Counted from the first letter of the whole stretch, positions 20,478 to 32,059 are shown. The stretch is 62,859 bases of DNA, filler included, from 7 parts of 7 records of this genome joined end to end with filler, not necessarily neighbours in it, one strand, 5' to 3'. Made by a program: numbers and translations. Notes: generated by a model from the sequence alone, not told the origin.

Positions 20478-21023
20478 ATGTTTTTTAAAGCTATGATTTC
20501 TTTGATGATTTTTTTATCAGTATCTCTATTTGCAAAGGACAACACTATGAGTATTTATGATTTAAAAGTAAAAAACATAAAAGGTGAAGAAGTATCTTTA
20601 TCTAAATACAAAGGTAAAGTACTACTTATTGTAAATGTAGCAAGTAAATGTGGGTTTACTTCTCAATATGAAGGTTTAGAAAATCTGTACCAAAAACATA
20701 AAGATAAAGATTTTATGATTTTAGGTTTTCCTTCAAATCAATTTGGAGGGCAAGAACCAGGAACAAATAAAGAGATTGCCCAGTTTTGTAGGCTAACTTA
20801 TGGAGTTGATTTTGATATGTTTGCAAAGATTGATGTAAACGGAGAAAATGAAGACCCACTATATACATACTTAAAAAAAGAAGCCTCAGGAATACTAGGA
20901 ACAGAGAGTATCAAATGGAACTTTACAAAGTTTTTAGTTGATAAAAATGGAAAGGTAATAGATAGATTTGGTTCAGCTACAACTCCAAAAGATATAGAAG
21001 AGGATATTTTAAAACTTCTATAG
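20478..21023 (+). CDS. Glutathione peroxidase (Cys-type) with signal-peptide-like N-terminus
   Basis: NVASKCGFT, LGFPSNQFGGQEPG, IKWNFTKFLVD. Confidence 0.92.
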   Translation: MFFKAMISLMIFLSVSLFAKDNTMSIYDLKVKNIKGEEVSLSKYKGKVLLIVNVASKCGFTSQYEGLENLYQKHKDKDFMILGFPSNQFGGQEPGTNKEIAQFCRLTYGVDFDMFAKIDVNGENEDPLYTYLKKEASGILGTESIKWNFTKFLVDKNGKVIDRFGSATTPKDIEEDILKLL

Positions 21024-21713
21024 ATGGTAAAAAAGTTAAAGAATCAAGGACTTTGTAATGAAGTTTATAAAATAAAAAAAGATAAAAAAGATTTTATATT
21101 AAGAGTTTTCAAAAAAACTCATACAGTAAAAATAGATAGAAAACAAGAGTTTAAAATACAAAATAAAGCATACAAAAAAGGTATCGCTTCAAAGCCAGTT
21201 TATTTAAGTGATAAGTTTATGACTTGTCACTTTATAAAAGGCTCTCATAAAAATAAACTTTCAAAAAAACAAATCAAAGTCCTTGCTAAATCTTTAAAAA
21301 AACTACATAAAATCAAACACAAGAAAAAAGTCTATTGTTTAGAAAAAGAGTTTAAAAACTACAAAAAAATATTAGATGACAAAAAGTCAAAAAAAATTAT
21401 AAATAACTCCCTTGAAAAACTAAAAAATAATAATAAAAAAAAGGATTTAGTTTTATCTCACAATGACCTAAATAAAGAGAACATAATTTTTAATAATAAG
21501 GTCTATTTTATTGACTGGGAATTTGCTTCAAAAAATAACAGATTTTTTGATTTAGCAACCCTTTGTATAAAATATAATTTTTCAAAACAAGAAGAAAAAA
21601 TTCTTCTAAGCTCCTATTTTCCAATTGTGAAAGAAAAGTATTACAAAAGACTAAAAAATTATAAAGTTATTTGTAAAAATTTTTGGAAACTTTGGTTTAA
21701 AGCAAATTTTTAA
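21024..21713 (+). CDS. Choline/aminoglycoside-kinase-like phosphotransferase
   Basis: GLCN, HNDLNKENI, FIDWEFA, FFDLA. Confidence 0.8.
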   Translation: MVKKLKNQGLCNEVYKIKKDKKDFILRVFKKTHTVKIDRKQEFKIQNKAYKKGIASKPVYLSDKFMTCHFIKGSHKNKLSKKQIKVLAKSLKKLHKIKHKKKVYCLEKEFKNYKKILDDKKSKKIINNSLEKLKNNNKKKDLVLSHNDLNKENIIFNNKVYFIDWEFASKNNRFFDLATLCIKYNFSKQEEKILLSSYFPIVKEKYYKRLKNYKVICKNFWKLWFKANF

Positions 21714-21775
21714 ATTTTTTTTTAATATATTTGAATATACTTTCGCTATAAAAACTATTTAGAAAAAGCAGGCAA

Positions 21776-22708
21776 ATGAAAAAAAGTTTAATTTTTATAA
21801 TTACACTATTTACTTTTGTAACTCACCCTCTTCTAGCAAACACAACTACAATAACACCAGAAGTTGAAAAAGCAGAAGAAATCGTAGTTCAAAAAGATGC
21901 AGTAAAAAGTGAAGTTATGGTAGGTTTCTATGGAAGACCTTATACTCCTTCTTTAGGAATTTTAGGTGAAAGTCATATTGACAATGTTGTAAAGAAACTT
22001 AGAGAGAAAAAAGAGTACTACGATAAAGAGTTAGGTGAAAACTTTGATGTAAAACTAGCATTTCACTTAATCTACGGATTAGCAACTATCGATCCAGGTA
22101 GAGATAATGACTATATTATCAACCTTCCAGATAGAACTGTGATGAAATATATCAAAAGAGCACAAGAAGAAGGTTTTGCAGTAATTATTGATTTACAATT
22201 AGGAATATATACTCCAGTTGAAGCATTAAAACCTGTTTTAAAATACTTACAATATGAAAATGTACATTTAGCATTAGACCCAGAGTTTAAAATTCCAAAA
22301 CACAGAAAGTATCCTCCAGGTAAGTTTATTGGACATATTTTTGGAAATGATGTAAATGATGCACAAGAGCTAATTAGTAACTACTTAATAGAAAATGGAA
22401 TCAAAGAGAAGAAAAAACTGATTGTTCATATGTTCCACAAAAGAATGTTAAGAAAAAAAGAGTTAGTTAAAAACTATGATAATATTGAATTAATCTATAA
22501 TATTGATGGTCATGGTGGAGGTGGAATCAAGGTTCAAATATATAACAACCTTTATTCACAAAATGAATCTGATATCGCAGATAGTGGATTCAAAATCTTT
22601 TATAAAAATGATATAAAACCTTTAATGACTCCTAAACAAATCTTAGGATTAGAGTCTGTTGGTTCAAGAAATATCAAAAGACAACCTTATTATATAAACT
22701 ACCATTAA
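21776..22708 (+). CDS. Exported hypothetical protein
   Basis: Signal peptide; FYG.P...LGILG, IIDLQLG, HLALDPEF, IVHMF, IDGHG. Confidence 0.6.
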   Translation: MKKSLIFIITLFTFVTHPLLANTTTITPEVEKAEEIVVQKDAVKSEVMVGFYGRPYTPSLGILGESHIDNVVKKLREKKEYYDKELGENFDVKLAFHLIYGLATIDPGRDNDYIINLPDRTVMKYIKRAQEEGFAVIIDLQLGIYTPVEALKPVLKYLQYENVHLALDPEFKIPKHRKYPPGKFIGHIFGNDVNDAQELISNYLIENGIKEKKKLIVHMFHKRMLRKKELVKNYDNIELIYNIDGHGGGGIKVQIYNNLYSQNESDIADSGFKIFYKNDIKPLMTPKQILGLESVGSRNIKRQPYYINYH

Positions 22709-22771
22709 AACATAATCTATGAAGTGGCTTTTTGGCTACTTCATAAAGCTACTTTTAGATAAAATTCCTAA

Positions 22772-24625
22772 ATGAATTTAGAAGAAAAACTAAAACAACT
22801 CCCTAACGAAGCAGGAGTTTATCAATACTTTGATAAAGATGGACACCTACTTTATATCGGTAAAGCAAAAGTTCTTAAGAACAGAGTAAAATCTTACTTT
22901 AAATTTACACCTAATTTACAACCAGCAGAGAAGCTTGGTCCTCGTATTTACAAGATGATTACAGAAGTAGTATCCTTAGAGTGGATAGTTGTACCCAATG
23001 AACATGAAGCTCTTATTTTAGAGAACTCCCTTATTAAACAACTAAAACCTAAATACAATATTCTTTTACGAGATGATAAAACTTACCCATATATTATGTT
23101 AGATAATAGCGAACTTTTTCCTAGACTTGAAATAACAAGAAGAGTACATAAAAACAACAATATAAAATACTTTGGTCCCTACTCAACTGGTGCTAGAGAT
23201 ATGCTTGATTCAATCTATGAAATAGTTCCTTTAGTTCAAAAGAAATCTTGTATAAAAGGTAAAGAAGCTTGTCTTTTCCATCAAATCAAGAAATGTCATG
23301 CTCCTTGTGAAGGTAAAATTACAACAGCTGACTATGCAAAGCTAGTTAATGAAGCTTGTGAATATATCTATAATAAAAACAAACTAATCAATAAACTTAG
23401 TGAAAGAATGATGCAATACTCAGAAGAGTTTAGATTTGAAGAAGCGATGAAATTAAGAGATAGAATAAAATCAATCGAAAAATCTCAAATCAAATCGGGT
23501 ATTGATTTAGCTTCAAATGAAGACTTAGACCTTTTTGCAATAAAAGCTGGTAGAAAAAAAGGTGTTGTGGTAAGAATGTTTATTAGAGATGGAAAACTTG
23601 CCTCTTCTTCCCATGACTTTATCAAACTTGACTTCTTAGAGGACAATAAAGATATTGATTTAAACGAGGCTTACCAAAGAGCAATTATCAATTACTATAA
23701 TAATGAAATTCCTCTACTTCCAAAAGAGATTTTAGTTGCACAAGAGTTAGAAGAAAAAGAAGAGATAGAAGAGTTTTTAAAAGAGAGATTTGATAGAAAT
23801 ATAAAAGTTGTAAATCCTAAAAAAGATAAGAAAAAGTCTTTATTGAATATTGCACTAAATAACTGCGATGAACTACTAAGAATAGAATCTTCTAAAAATC
23901 AAATAACTATCTATGAAGAGATAAAAGAGCTATTTAACTTACAAACTCTTCCATATATAATAGAGAGTTTTGATAACTCACATATGATGGGACAAGCTAC
24001 AGTTGGAGCTATGGTTGTTTGGAATGAAGAGCTTAATGCCTTTGATAAAAAACAGTTTAGACACTATAACTTAGAATCAAAAGATGAATACTCTCAAATG
24101 AGAGAAATGCTTATGCGAAGAGTTGAAAGCTTTGAAAAAGTAAGTCCTCCTGACCTTTGGGTTATTGATGGAGGAGAAACTTTACTAAAACTTGCCTATG
24201 ACATTATACAGTCTGCTGCTGTAAACCTTGATATTGTAGCAATTGCTAAAGAAAAAGTAGATGCAAAAGCTCATAGGGCTAAAGGTGCTGCAAAAGATAT
24301 TGTTCACTATAAAGATAAAAGTGGTGAAATTAGAAGCTTAAAACTAAAACCTAGTGACCAAAGGTTACAATTTATACAAAGACAAAGGGATGAAGCCCAC
24401 AGATTTGTTATAAACTTTCATAAGAAACAAAAAAGAAAAGAAGATAAACAAGTTTCACTATTACAAATAAAAGGTATTGGTGAAGCAAAGGTTAAAAAAC
24501 TACTTTTATATTTTGGAAGTTTTGAAAAAATAAAAGAAGCATCAGTAGTAGAACTAAAAGAAGTTCTAAATGAAAAAGATGCTATTTTACTTAATAATTA
24601 TTTCCATGATGAAAAGGAAGATTAA
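22772..24625 (+). CDS. uvrC: Excinuclease ABC subunit C
   Basis: GVYQYF...LYIGKAK.LKNRVKSYF, LENSLIKQLKPKYNILLRDDKTYP, ESFDNSH, IDGG, RDEAHRF, HhH motif. Confidence 0.97.
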   Translation: MNLEEKLKQLPNEAGVYQYFDKDGHLLYIGKAKVLKNRVKSYFKFTPNLQPAEKLGPRIYKMITEVVSLEWIVVPNEHEALILENSLIKQLKPKYNILLRDDKTYPYIMLDNSELFPRLEITRRVHKNNNIKYFGPYSTGARDMLDSIYEIVPLVQKKSCIKGKEACLFHQIKKCHAPCEGKITTADYAKLVNEACEYIYNKNKLINKLSERMMQYSEEFRFEEAMKLRDRIKSIEKSQIKSGIDLASNEDLDLFAIKAGRKKGVVVRMFIRDGKLASSSHDFIKLDFLEDNKDIDLNEAYQRAIINYYNNEIPLLPKEILVAQELEEKEEIEEFLKERFDRNIKVVNPKKDKKKSLLNIALNNCDELLRIESSKNQITIYEEIKELFNLQTLPYIIESFDNSHMMGQATVGAMVVWNEELNAFDKKQFRHYNLESKDEYSQMREMLMRRVESFEKVSPPDLWVIDGGETLLKLAYDIIQSAAVNLDIVAIAKEKVDAKAHRAKGAAKDIVHYKDKSGEIRSLKLKPSDQRLQFIQRQRDEAHRFVINFHKKQKRKEDKQVSLLQIKGIGEAKVKKLLLYFGSFEKIKEASVVELKEVLNEKDAILLNNYFHDEKED

Positions 24626-24628
24626 AAC

Positions 24629-25271
24629 TTGCCTAAGATTATTTTAAATAAAGAAAACTACTTTCACAACCTAAAAATAATTTCTGAACACGCTAGTTCT
24701 AAAGATAAAATTGCTGTTGTTTTAAAGGATAATGCCTACGGTCATGGACTTGTTGAAATTGCATCAATGGCCAAAGAGTTTGGAATAACAAAAGCGGTTG
24801 TGAGAACATGTGAAGAAGCTGAGAAAATTGAGACGTTTTTTGAACAAATCTTAATCTTGGCTGACACTACTTTTCACAACTATTCACATACTTTTCACAT
24901 CGTAGTGAATAGCCTTGAACAACTTGAAAAAGTACCCGAAAAAACGAATGTTCACTTAAAAGTGGATACCGGAATGCATAGAAATGGTATTTCACTTGAA
25001 ACTCTAGAAGAGGCTATTCATGGTACTTTAAGGAAAAATTTAAACTTGACTGGAATTATGACTCACTACAGAAGTGCTGATACTTTATCATGTGAATTCT
25101 TTTGGCAACAACAGATTTTTGGGCAAGTAAAAACTTTGGCTGTGAACACATGTGAAAAACTTTTTTTGCCTATTCCTAAGTTTCATTCTGCTAACTCTTC
25201 AGGTTTATTTAGATTTAAGAATTTCAATGAAGATTTTGCTCGAGTTGGTATAGCTCAATATGGTTATTTAG
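24629..25271 (+). CDS. alr: Alanine racemase (truncated at contig end)
   Basis: [38 protein letters not shown]. Confidence 0.92.
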
Positions 25272-25371
25272 NNNNNNNNNNNNNNNNNNNNNNNNNNNNN
25301 NNNNNNNNNNNNNNNTTAATTAATTAANNNNNNNNNNNNNNNNNNNNNNNNNNNNNNNNNNNNNNNNNNNN
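25272..25371. other. Artificial contig linker
   Basis: N-run with TTAATTAATTAA. Confidence 0.98.
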
Positions 25372-26391
25372 ATTTTTATTACAAGTAATTTCAGCTTCAA
25401 CAAGAGCCTTTTCTGCAGCTTTTCCTGTTATTCCTTTTGAAGTTAAATCAACTAACATAAGGTGATTATCAGTTCCGCCACTTACTATTCTTAGTCCTCT
25501 TTTTTCAAGTTCCTCAGCTAAAACTTTTGCATTTTTAATAACTTGATTTTGATATACTTTGAAGTCATCACTAAGTGCTTCTTTAAAAGATACAGCTTTT
25601 GCAGCAATAACATGCATTAATGGTCCACCTTGAGTTCCAGGGAAGATTAGTTTATCAATCTTCTTAGCGATGTCTTCATCATTTGTCATGATCATTCCAC
25701 CTCTAGGCCCTCTTAATGTTTTATGAGTAGTCGTAGTTACCACATGTGCATATTCACATGGATTTGGATGCTCTCCTGCAGCTACTAACCCGGCAATGTG
25801 TGCCATATCTACGAATAGATAAGCTCCAACTTCATCAGCAATCTCTCTAAATTTTTTGAAATCAAGAGTTCTTGAATAAGCACTTGCTCCAGCAATAATC
25901 ATTTTTGGTTTATTTTCCAAAGCAATTTTTCTAATTTCTTCATAATCTAATACTTCTGTTTCTTTATTAACACCATAACTTACAATGTTATAAAGTTTTC
26001 CTGAGAAGTTAACACTTAAACCATGAGTCAAATGCCCACCATGATCTAATGCCATTCCCATAACAGTATCTTTTACATTTACAAGTGAAAGATATACTGC
26101 CATGTTTGCTTGTGAACCTGAGTGAGGTTGCACATTTACATAGTTTACATCAAACAATTCTTTTGCTCTTTCAATAGCAAATGTTTCAGCCTGATCTACA
26201 AAGTGACATCCTCCGTAGTATCTTTTACCTGGATAACCTTCTGCGTATTTATTAGTCAATACACTTCCTGCTGCTTCCATTACTGCCTTTGATACGAAGT
26301 TTTCTGATGCAATTAGCTCAATTCCGTATTCCTGTCTGTCTTCCTCTTTTTTGATGATATCAAATAATTCCTTATCAATATTCGCTAACAT
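25372..26391 (-). CDS. glyA: Serine hydroxymethyltransferase (3' truncated)
   Basis: [41 protein letters not shown]. Confidence 0.97.
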
Positions 26392-26488
26392 TCTTCACCT
26401 CAATTATTTTATTAAGTCAAATATATTTGACTTTGATTTTTTAAAATAATAAACCGTATTTTTTTAAACTACTTTCATGCTCATACAG

Positions 26489-27772
26489 TTAGTTTTTAGT
26501 ATATAAAATTTTTACTTCTCCCGGTTTTAAAATTCTCTCATAATATTTTGAATCAATTATTTCGTCATATTCAGGAGAAATATCTTTTATATCTCCACTT
26601 TCAAGTATATAGTAAATATCATTAAGTACTACTTTTTCCGGAGCATTAAAATTAAGATTTGCTATTATTAATGCTTTTTCGTTTTTTTGTAAACTAATCT
26701 TTTTCATTGCAAATATATTTGGATTAGTCTGATTTAAGCAATAAATATCATTTTCTTCAGAAAAAATTTGATAATTATCTTTTATTCCATTTATTTGTCT
26801 TAAATAATCTTTTAAATTCAGATTACCATCATAAAAATCCATATCCATAGATCTTAGTTCATTTAACTTAGTTTTACTTCCAGTTTCAAATCCAATTGGA
26901 ACCATGACACCTTTATTCATAAAAGCTGACAGTGCATACCAAATTTTTGAAGCATTCTCATTTCCATTATATCTATCTGCAATTCTTTCAGTATCATAGT
27001 TTTCAGGAAAAGAGATCGTTTTAACTAGGTTTTTTAATTTATAGTGTTGTTCCAAAAACCAAGTTTCTCTGAAATTCCACCATTTCAAACTACTGAAAAG
27101 ATAATCAACACCTGCCTGGGCAAGTTCCATCATATCACCAAAATTAGCTCCAAGATTATCTCCAATAAATTCAATATGAGGATACTCTTCTTTTATATTT
27201 TTAATTAAAATTCTTAACAGCTCTCTGGGAACATTGAATGCCGAATGAAGCTTTATCACATCAACACCCATTTCAGCATAATGAAGTAACATCTCTTCCC
27301 AATAACTCCATAAAGCTTCTCTACACTCATCATCTTCGTGATGATTATTTATCTCTAACAGGTCTCCCCATTCTATTAAACTATTATTCATACCGTGAAT
27401 ACTATATTTTCTTACATCTCCAAACTCATCATAAGAATACCATTCAGGATGTTCAATAAGAAGCTCCGAATCTATAGAAGTGTGTGTTATTATCATCTCT
27501 AAGATAATTTTCATATCTTGAGCGTGTGCTTCTTCTATAAAATCTCTAAATTGCTCATTAGAATCTTTTTCTGAAAATATATTTACTATTCTATCATTAA
27601 AATCATAAAAGTTCTTTGGTGCGTATATGTTTTTTGAATATCCAGTTTGAAAAATAGGATTAATATAGATGTAGTTGAATCCCATATATTTTATTTCATG
27701 TAGTTTTTCCTTCCAATCATCAAATTTTCCGGCAACCATAGGAAATAAGTTATATATCTTCACCCTTTGCAC
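26489..27772 (-). CDS. GH13 alpha-amylase-fold protein with apparently degenerate catalytic residues
   Basis: MGFNYIYINPIFQTG...YAPKNF, THTS...HPEWY, WGDL, SSLKWWNF, SFPENYDTER. Confidence 0.75.
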   Translation of the reverse strand: MQRVKIYNLFPMVAGKFDDWKEKLHEIKYMGFNYIYINPIFQTGYSKNIYAPKNFYDFNDRIVNIFSEKDSNEQFRDFIEEAHAQDMKIILEMIITHTSIDSELLIEHPEWYSYDEFGDVRKYSIHGMNNSLIEWGDLLEINNHHEDDECREALWSYWEEMLLHYAEMGVDVIKLHSAFNVPRELLRILIKNIKEEYPHIEFIGDNLGANFGDMMELAQAGVDYLFSSLKWWNFRETWFLEQHYKLKNLVKTISFPENYDTERIADRYNGNENASKIWYALSAFMNKGVMVPIGFETGSKTKLNELRSMDMDFYDGNLNLKDYLRQINGIKDNYQIFSEENDIYCLNQTNPNIFAMKKISLQKNEKALIIANLNFNAPEKVVLNDIYYILESGDIKDISPEYDEIIDSKYYERILKPGEVKILYTKN

Positions 27773-27883
27773 ACCTCATTTCTTTTTGTAGTTTTCGTAA
27801 TGCTCTTAAAATTCTATCATATTTTTTAGGTATTTACAATTTTTTTATAGCTTTTTCTTGAAACTGTCCTAGTGTAGTCGTTC

Positions 27884-29812
27884 TTATTTTCTGCTTCTTT
27901 CTCTTTTACTTAGTAAAACCATGTCTCTAATGTAATCTGTATTTTTGGCATTTAACCATTTTTCCTGAAAATCATTATCTCTAATTAATGCAGCAATTGA
28001 TGCAAGTGTCTGTAAATGTGCTTTTCTTAAGTCTTTACTACTGATAAATAAAAATACTGCTTTAATTGATTCTCTTTGATCATTAAATCTTATTCCTTCT
28101 TTACATCTGACAATCGTCATATGAAAAAAGTCTGTTCTATCAGACAAAACTACATGTGGTATTGCTGTAAAATCTGTTAATGCTGTTGTAACTTCCTTCT
28201 CTCTTTCTTTAAAGAACCTGACTAATTCTGCTTTCGGAATTTTTAAAATATTTTTTAAACTCTCCGCTTGAAGTTCAAACAAGTCATCCAAAGTCAATGG
28301 TCCTTTCAAATCCATAATAACTGCATCTTTAACTAAATTATCAAACATATCAAGCTCAACCTCATCTCTTTCATGAATCAAATCTCGAAGCTCACTTTCA
28401 AGCTCATGGGTTAGATTAAGACTTTCCGTTATTCTGATCAAAAGGTGAAGAAAGGCATACTGATTACTAGCATGTTTCTTACCATGTGTGAAATATACAA
28501 TAACTCCGATTAATATGAAACCAATACTGGTTTCCGCCGCTTTGTAGCCTAACCTCCCTATAAATAAAGAAAATACTACTATAGTAAACAGTTGTGGCCA
28601 CGGATAAAAAGGTGTTCTAAATGTCGGTTGATAGTTTACAATATTACTCTCTCTAATTACAATTACTGCAAAATTTGTTAAGATATATGTCATTAAAATT
28701 ACTGCCGAAGCTGTTTTTGCTAATGTTTCTAATTTCAAAAATAGTGAAAATACAATAAAGGCTCCTGTTATTAATAGTGAAACAATAGGTGTTTTAAATT
28801 TTGGGTGAACTCTACTTATGAAATCAGGAAACAATTTATCTCTACTAAGCGCCAAGGGATAACGAGAAGCCGCCATTATTCCTGCATTAGCCGTTGAAAT
28901 AAATGCTAACATTGCTGCAACGGTTATAGTGTAATATCCAAAATCTCCTGCAATTATTCGTGCGCTATCAGCAATAGGTGAAAGCGAATTAGACAACTCC
29001 GATTTGCCCAATACCCCGATCGTTACTATTAGTATCAAGGTATATAAAATTGTGATTACAAATATTGATGAAAATAATCCTCCCGGAATATTCTTTGCAG
29101 TATTTTTAACTTCCTCTGAAATTGAAGCAGCTTTTAACAAACCACCAAATGAAACAAAAATAAAAGCCGTAGTTCCAAAAATTGCTCCCAATCCTGCCCC
29201 TTCAAAAAGGCTTAATGATTTAGAAAATACATATCTGCTATTTTCAAGTTCAAACACTTGAATAAAAGGCCTATACATATCAAAATCAATAAAAAATATT
29301 CCTCTTGCAATATAAATTATAATTAACAATATTAATCCAAAAACAAGTGCTATTTCAAATTTACTGGCAATTTCTACACCAATTATATTTAACAATACAA
29401 AAAACATTGTTACTAATATCGAAATTAAAATTATTTCAGTACTTCCCAATTCATTACCATAAATAAAATTTCCTAATACTCCTGCTATACCAAATATAGC
29501 AAAAGCAGCTTTTAGAGATATCGCAAACCAACTAAGAACACCAGATATTGTACCAATTAGAGGTCCTAAGGTTCTATTAATAAAAAAATAATCTCCACCA
29601 GCTCTGGGCATAGCTGTCGTTAGCTCTATTACACCTGTTATACCAACTAGTGCTATTAGGCCACCTAAAATATAAACAACAATTATTGCCGGACCAGCTT
29701 TTGCAAATGCTAAACCTGGTAAGATAAATATTCCGGAGCTTATCATCGCACCTGAAGCTATACTAAACACATCCCAAAAACCAAGTTCTTTTTTTAACTC
29801 CATAGGAATCAC
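27884..29812 (-). CDS. APC-family amino acid permease with C-terminal PTS EIIA-like domain
   Basis: GAMISSGIF, AMPRAGG, SEEVKN, ~12 TM segments; C-terminal RE...TTAL...AIPH...HLQTLASIA. Confidence 0.85.
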   Translation of the reverse strand: MIPMELKKELGFWDVFSIASGAMISSGIFILPGLAFAKAGPAIIVVYILGGLIALVGITGVIELTTAMPRAGGDYFFINRTLGPLIGTISGVLSWFAISLKAAFAIFGIAGVLGNFIYGNELGSTEIILISILVTMFFVLLNIIGVEIASKFEIALVFGLILLIIIYIARGIFFIDFDMYRPFIQVFELENSRYVFSKSLSLFEGAGLGAIFGTTAFIFVSFGGLLKAASISEEVKNTAKNIPGGLFSSIFVITILYTLILIVTIGVLGKSELSNSLSPIADSARIIAGDFGYYTITVAAMLAFISTANAGIMAASRYPLALSRDKLFPDFISRVHPKFKTPIVSLLITGAFIVFSLFLKLETLAKTASAVILMTYILTNFAVIVIRESNIVNYQPTFRTPFYPWPQLFTIVVFSLFIGRLGYKAAETSIGFILIGVIVYFTHGKKHASNQYAFLHLLIRITESLNLTHELESELRDLIHERDEVELDMFDNLVKDAVIMDLKGPLTLDDLFELQAESLKNILKIPKAELVRFFKEREKEVTTALTDFTAIPHVVLSDRTDFFHMTIVRCKEGIRFNDQRESIKAVFLFISSKDLRKAHLQTLASIAALIRDNDFQEKWLNAKNTDYIRDMVLLSKRERSRK

Positions 29813-29857
29813 CTCGAACCAGCAAAATATTAAGTTATGAAACTTTGGGCAGATATT

Positions 29858-30397
29858 TTAATTATTTCCTGTTTTATCTATAACTTTGACATCTTCATTA
29901 TTTTCTGTTTTAAATATCTCAAACTCTTTTTCAACTTTCTTTTCTTCAGGTATCTCTATATTGGAAAGAGGTAAAATCTTCAAAATAGTCCCATCTATAT
30001 AAATATAGCTATCCTCTGTCAGTTTTATCTCTTTTACATTCATTCCTATCTTTCCACTAAGTTCTGTTCCTTTATTCGGTGAACTTAATTTGTTACCATC
30101 CGTTTCATAAGAAACTGATAACTCAATAGACATACTGGGAACAATCCATTTTATTGAGTGAAATTCACTGCTCTTTAATGTAAATCCTTCTCCATTTTCT
30201 ATAGTCTCGTTATTTAATTTAACATCGTATACTTTCCCATCTTCCCAAGCCACTTCAAGCTTATAAAACTCTTTTACTTCTTTAATTTCAGTTGTTTCTG
30301 TATTTTTCACAGTAATTTTCTTATCTTCATTTGATTTAGATAAACTGCTACATGCTAATAAAGATAAACAAATTAATAATAATACTATTTTACGCAT
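29858..30397 (-). CDS. Hypothetical lipoprotein
   Basis: Lipobox LLAC; GGAGGAG RBS. Confidence 0.6.
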   Translation of the reverse strand: MRKIVLLLICLSLLACSSLSKSNEDKKITVKNTETTEIKEVKEFYKLEVAWEDGKVYDVKLNNETIENGEGFTLKSSEFHSIKWIVPSMSIELSVSYETDGNKLSSPNKGTELSGKIGMNVKEIKLTEDSYIYIDGTILKILPLSNIEIPEEKKVEKEFEIFKTENNEDVKVIDKTGNN

Positions 30398-30476
30398 TAC
30401 TCCTCCTATTATACTTATTCTAAAAAATTAATATTTTCCTTGTTATTCGGTGCTTTAATTAATATTTTTTATAAAT

Positions 30477-30803
30477 TTATTTCCCATCAATTACTTGTAT
30501 GTTCTTTTTAAACAGATAAACTCTATTATCACCAATATAATATTTTCCGGATTTTTCAATATATATTTTATAACTACGCTCAATTCCGTTTTGTTTCCAC
30601 TCAATTTTATGTACTGCATTATTTGCATAATATACTTCGTTTTCATTTATTCTGTTGTTATCTAAAAATACTTCTTTAACTTCTGAATTCCATTGAAAAC
30701 TTATTTTTTTATATCCTTGCAGTCTATAATCCAGTTCTGAACAAGAATTAAATAAAATCAAAACTATGATCATTACAAAAATTTTAGTTGTTGTTTTCCA
30801 CAT
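30477..30803 (-). CDS. Hypothetical lipoprotein
   Basis: Lipobox-like FNSC; overlaps the ispG stop. Confidence 0.55.
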   Translation of the reverse strand: MWKTTTKIFVMIIVLILFNSCSELDYRLQGYKKISFQWNSEVKEVFLDNNRINENEVYYANNAVHKIEWKQNGIERSYKIYIEKSGKYYIGDNRVYLFKKNIQVIDGK

Positions 30804-31851
30804 TTAAATCATCTTCAATCATTTTTTTAAGTTCAAACAAGATATCTTTTTCTTCAACTTTTTTAACTACTTCACCTTTTTTAAATAATACTCCTACTCC
30901 TTTTCCTCCCGCAACTCCATAGTCTGCTTCTTTTGCTTCGCCCGGACCGTTTACAACACAGCCCATAACAGCTATCTTAATATTCTTATCAAGTTTCGAA
31001 AATTCTTCTTCAACTTTTTCAGCAAGTTCAATTAATTCAATTTCTGTTCTACCGCAAGTAGGACACGATATTATTTCTGCACCGAATTCCCTTATTCCAA
31101 GTACTTTAAGTATCTCTTTTGCCACTTTTATCTCTTCAACAGGATCAGCTGTTAATGACACTCTTAAAGTATCTCCAATATCATCAACTAATAAACTTCC
31201 AATTCCTATAGCAGATTTTATAGTTCCCTGAAATATTGTCCCTGCTTCAGTTACACCTAAATGTAAAGGATAATCTATTTTTGAGCTAATATTTTTATAT
31301 GCTCTATACATCATTCTTACATCACTCGCTTTAAGTGATACAATTATATTAGTAAAGTCAAATTTTTCTAATAGATTAATATGATACATTGCACTTTCAA
31401 CCAATGCTTCTGGGCATACTTTACCATATTTCTCCAGTATACTCTTTTCAAGCGAGCCTCCATTTACACCTATTCTAATAGGTACTCCATACTCTTTAGC
31501 TTTATCTACGACTGATTTAACTCTCTCATCGTCTCCAATATTACCTGGATTAATTCTAAGTTTGTCAATTCCATTCTCAATCGCTTTTATTGCTAATCTA
31601 TAGTCAAAGTGAATATCTGCAACTAAAGGGATACTTATTTTTTCTTTTATAGCTTTTATCGCTTCTGCCGCGGCTTCATTATTAACCGTTACTCTTACTA
31701 ACTCACAACCTGCATCCTCTAGTCTCTTTATTTGTCCAACTGTTGCTTCAACATCGGCAGTATTTGTATTTGTCATTGATTGTATAATCACATCATCTGA
31801 TCCGCCAATATATAAATTTCCAACTTTTATTTTTTTAGTATTTCTACTCAT
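30784..31851 (-). CDS. ispG: 4-hydroxy-3-methylbut-2-enyl diphosphate synthase (GcpE)
   Basis: [49 protein letters not shown]. Confidence 0.97.
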   Translation of the reverse strand: MSRNTKKIKVGNLYIGGSDDVIIQSMTNTNTADVEATVGQIKRLEDAGCELVRVTVNNEAAAEAIKAIKEKISIPLVADIHFDYRLAIKAIENGIDKLRINPGNIGDDERVKSVVDKAKEYGVPIRIGVNGGSLEKSILEKYGKVCPEALVESAMYHINLLEKFDFTNIIVSLKASDVRMMYRAYKNISSKIDYPLHLGVTEAGTIFQGTIKSAIGIGSLLVDDIGDTLRVSLTADPVEEIKVAKEILKVLGIREFGAEIISCPTCGRTEIELIELAEKVEEEFSKLDKNIKIAVMGCVVNGPGEAKEADYGVAGGKGVGVLFKKGEVVKKVEEKDILFELKKMIEDDLNVENNN

Positions 31852-31878
31852 TAATCTCTCCCCTATAATTTATTTAAT

Positions 31879-31919
31879 TTTTCTATTTATTTCTATTTTC
31901 TATTTATTTCTATTTTCTA
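31879..31919. repeat. 17-bp tandem repeat (TTTTCTATTTATTTCTA, ~2.4 copies) upstream of ispG
   Basis: Read directly from the sequence. Confidence 0.7.
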
Positions 31920-32019
31920 AATAATATACCATAGATATTATACTACAGAATCCGCATTTATTTTATCGTATATTTATTAAGATATTATTAATATAAACAT
32001 ACCCAAATAATTTTTACAT

Positions 32020-32050
32020 AAAAAAACTACCTCAATTAATGAGGCAGTTT
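32020..32050 (-). terminator. Probable intrinsic terminator after the M23 gene
   Basis: AAACTACCTCA-atta-ATGAGGCAGTTT preceded by an A-run on +. Confidence 0.55.
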
Positions 32051-32059
32051 AAATATTAA

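Noticed and set aside
31879-31919. Tandem repeat upstream of ispG as a regulatory or phase-variable element
   Set aside because: Low-complexity AT sequence with ~2.4 copies; kept as a feature only
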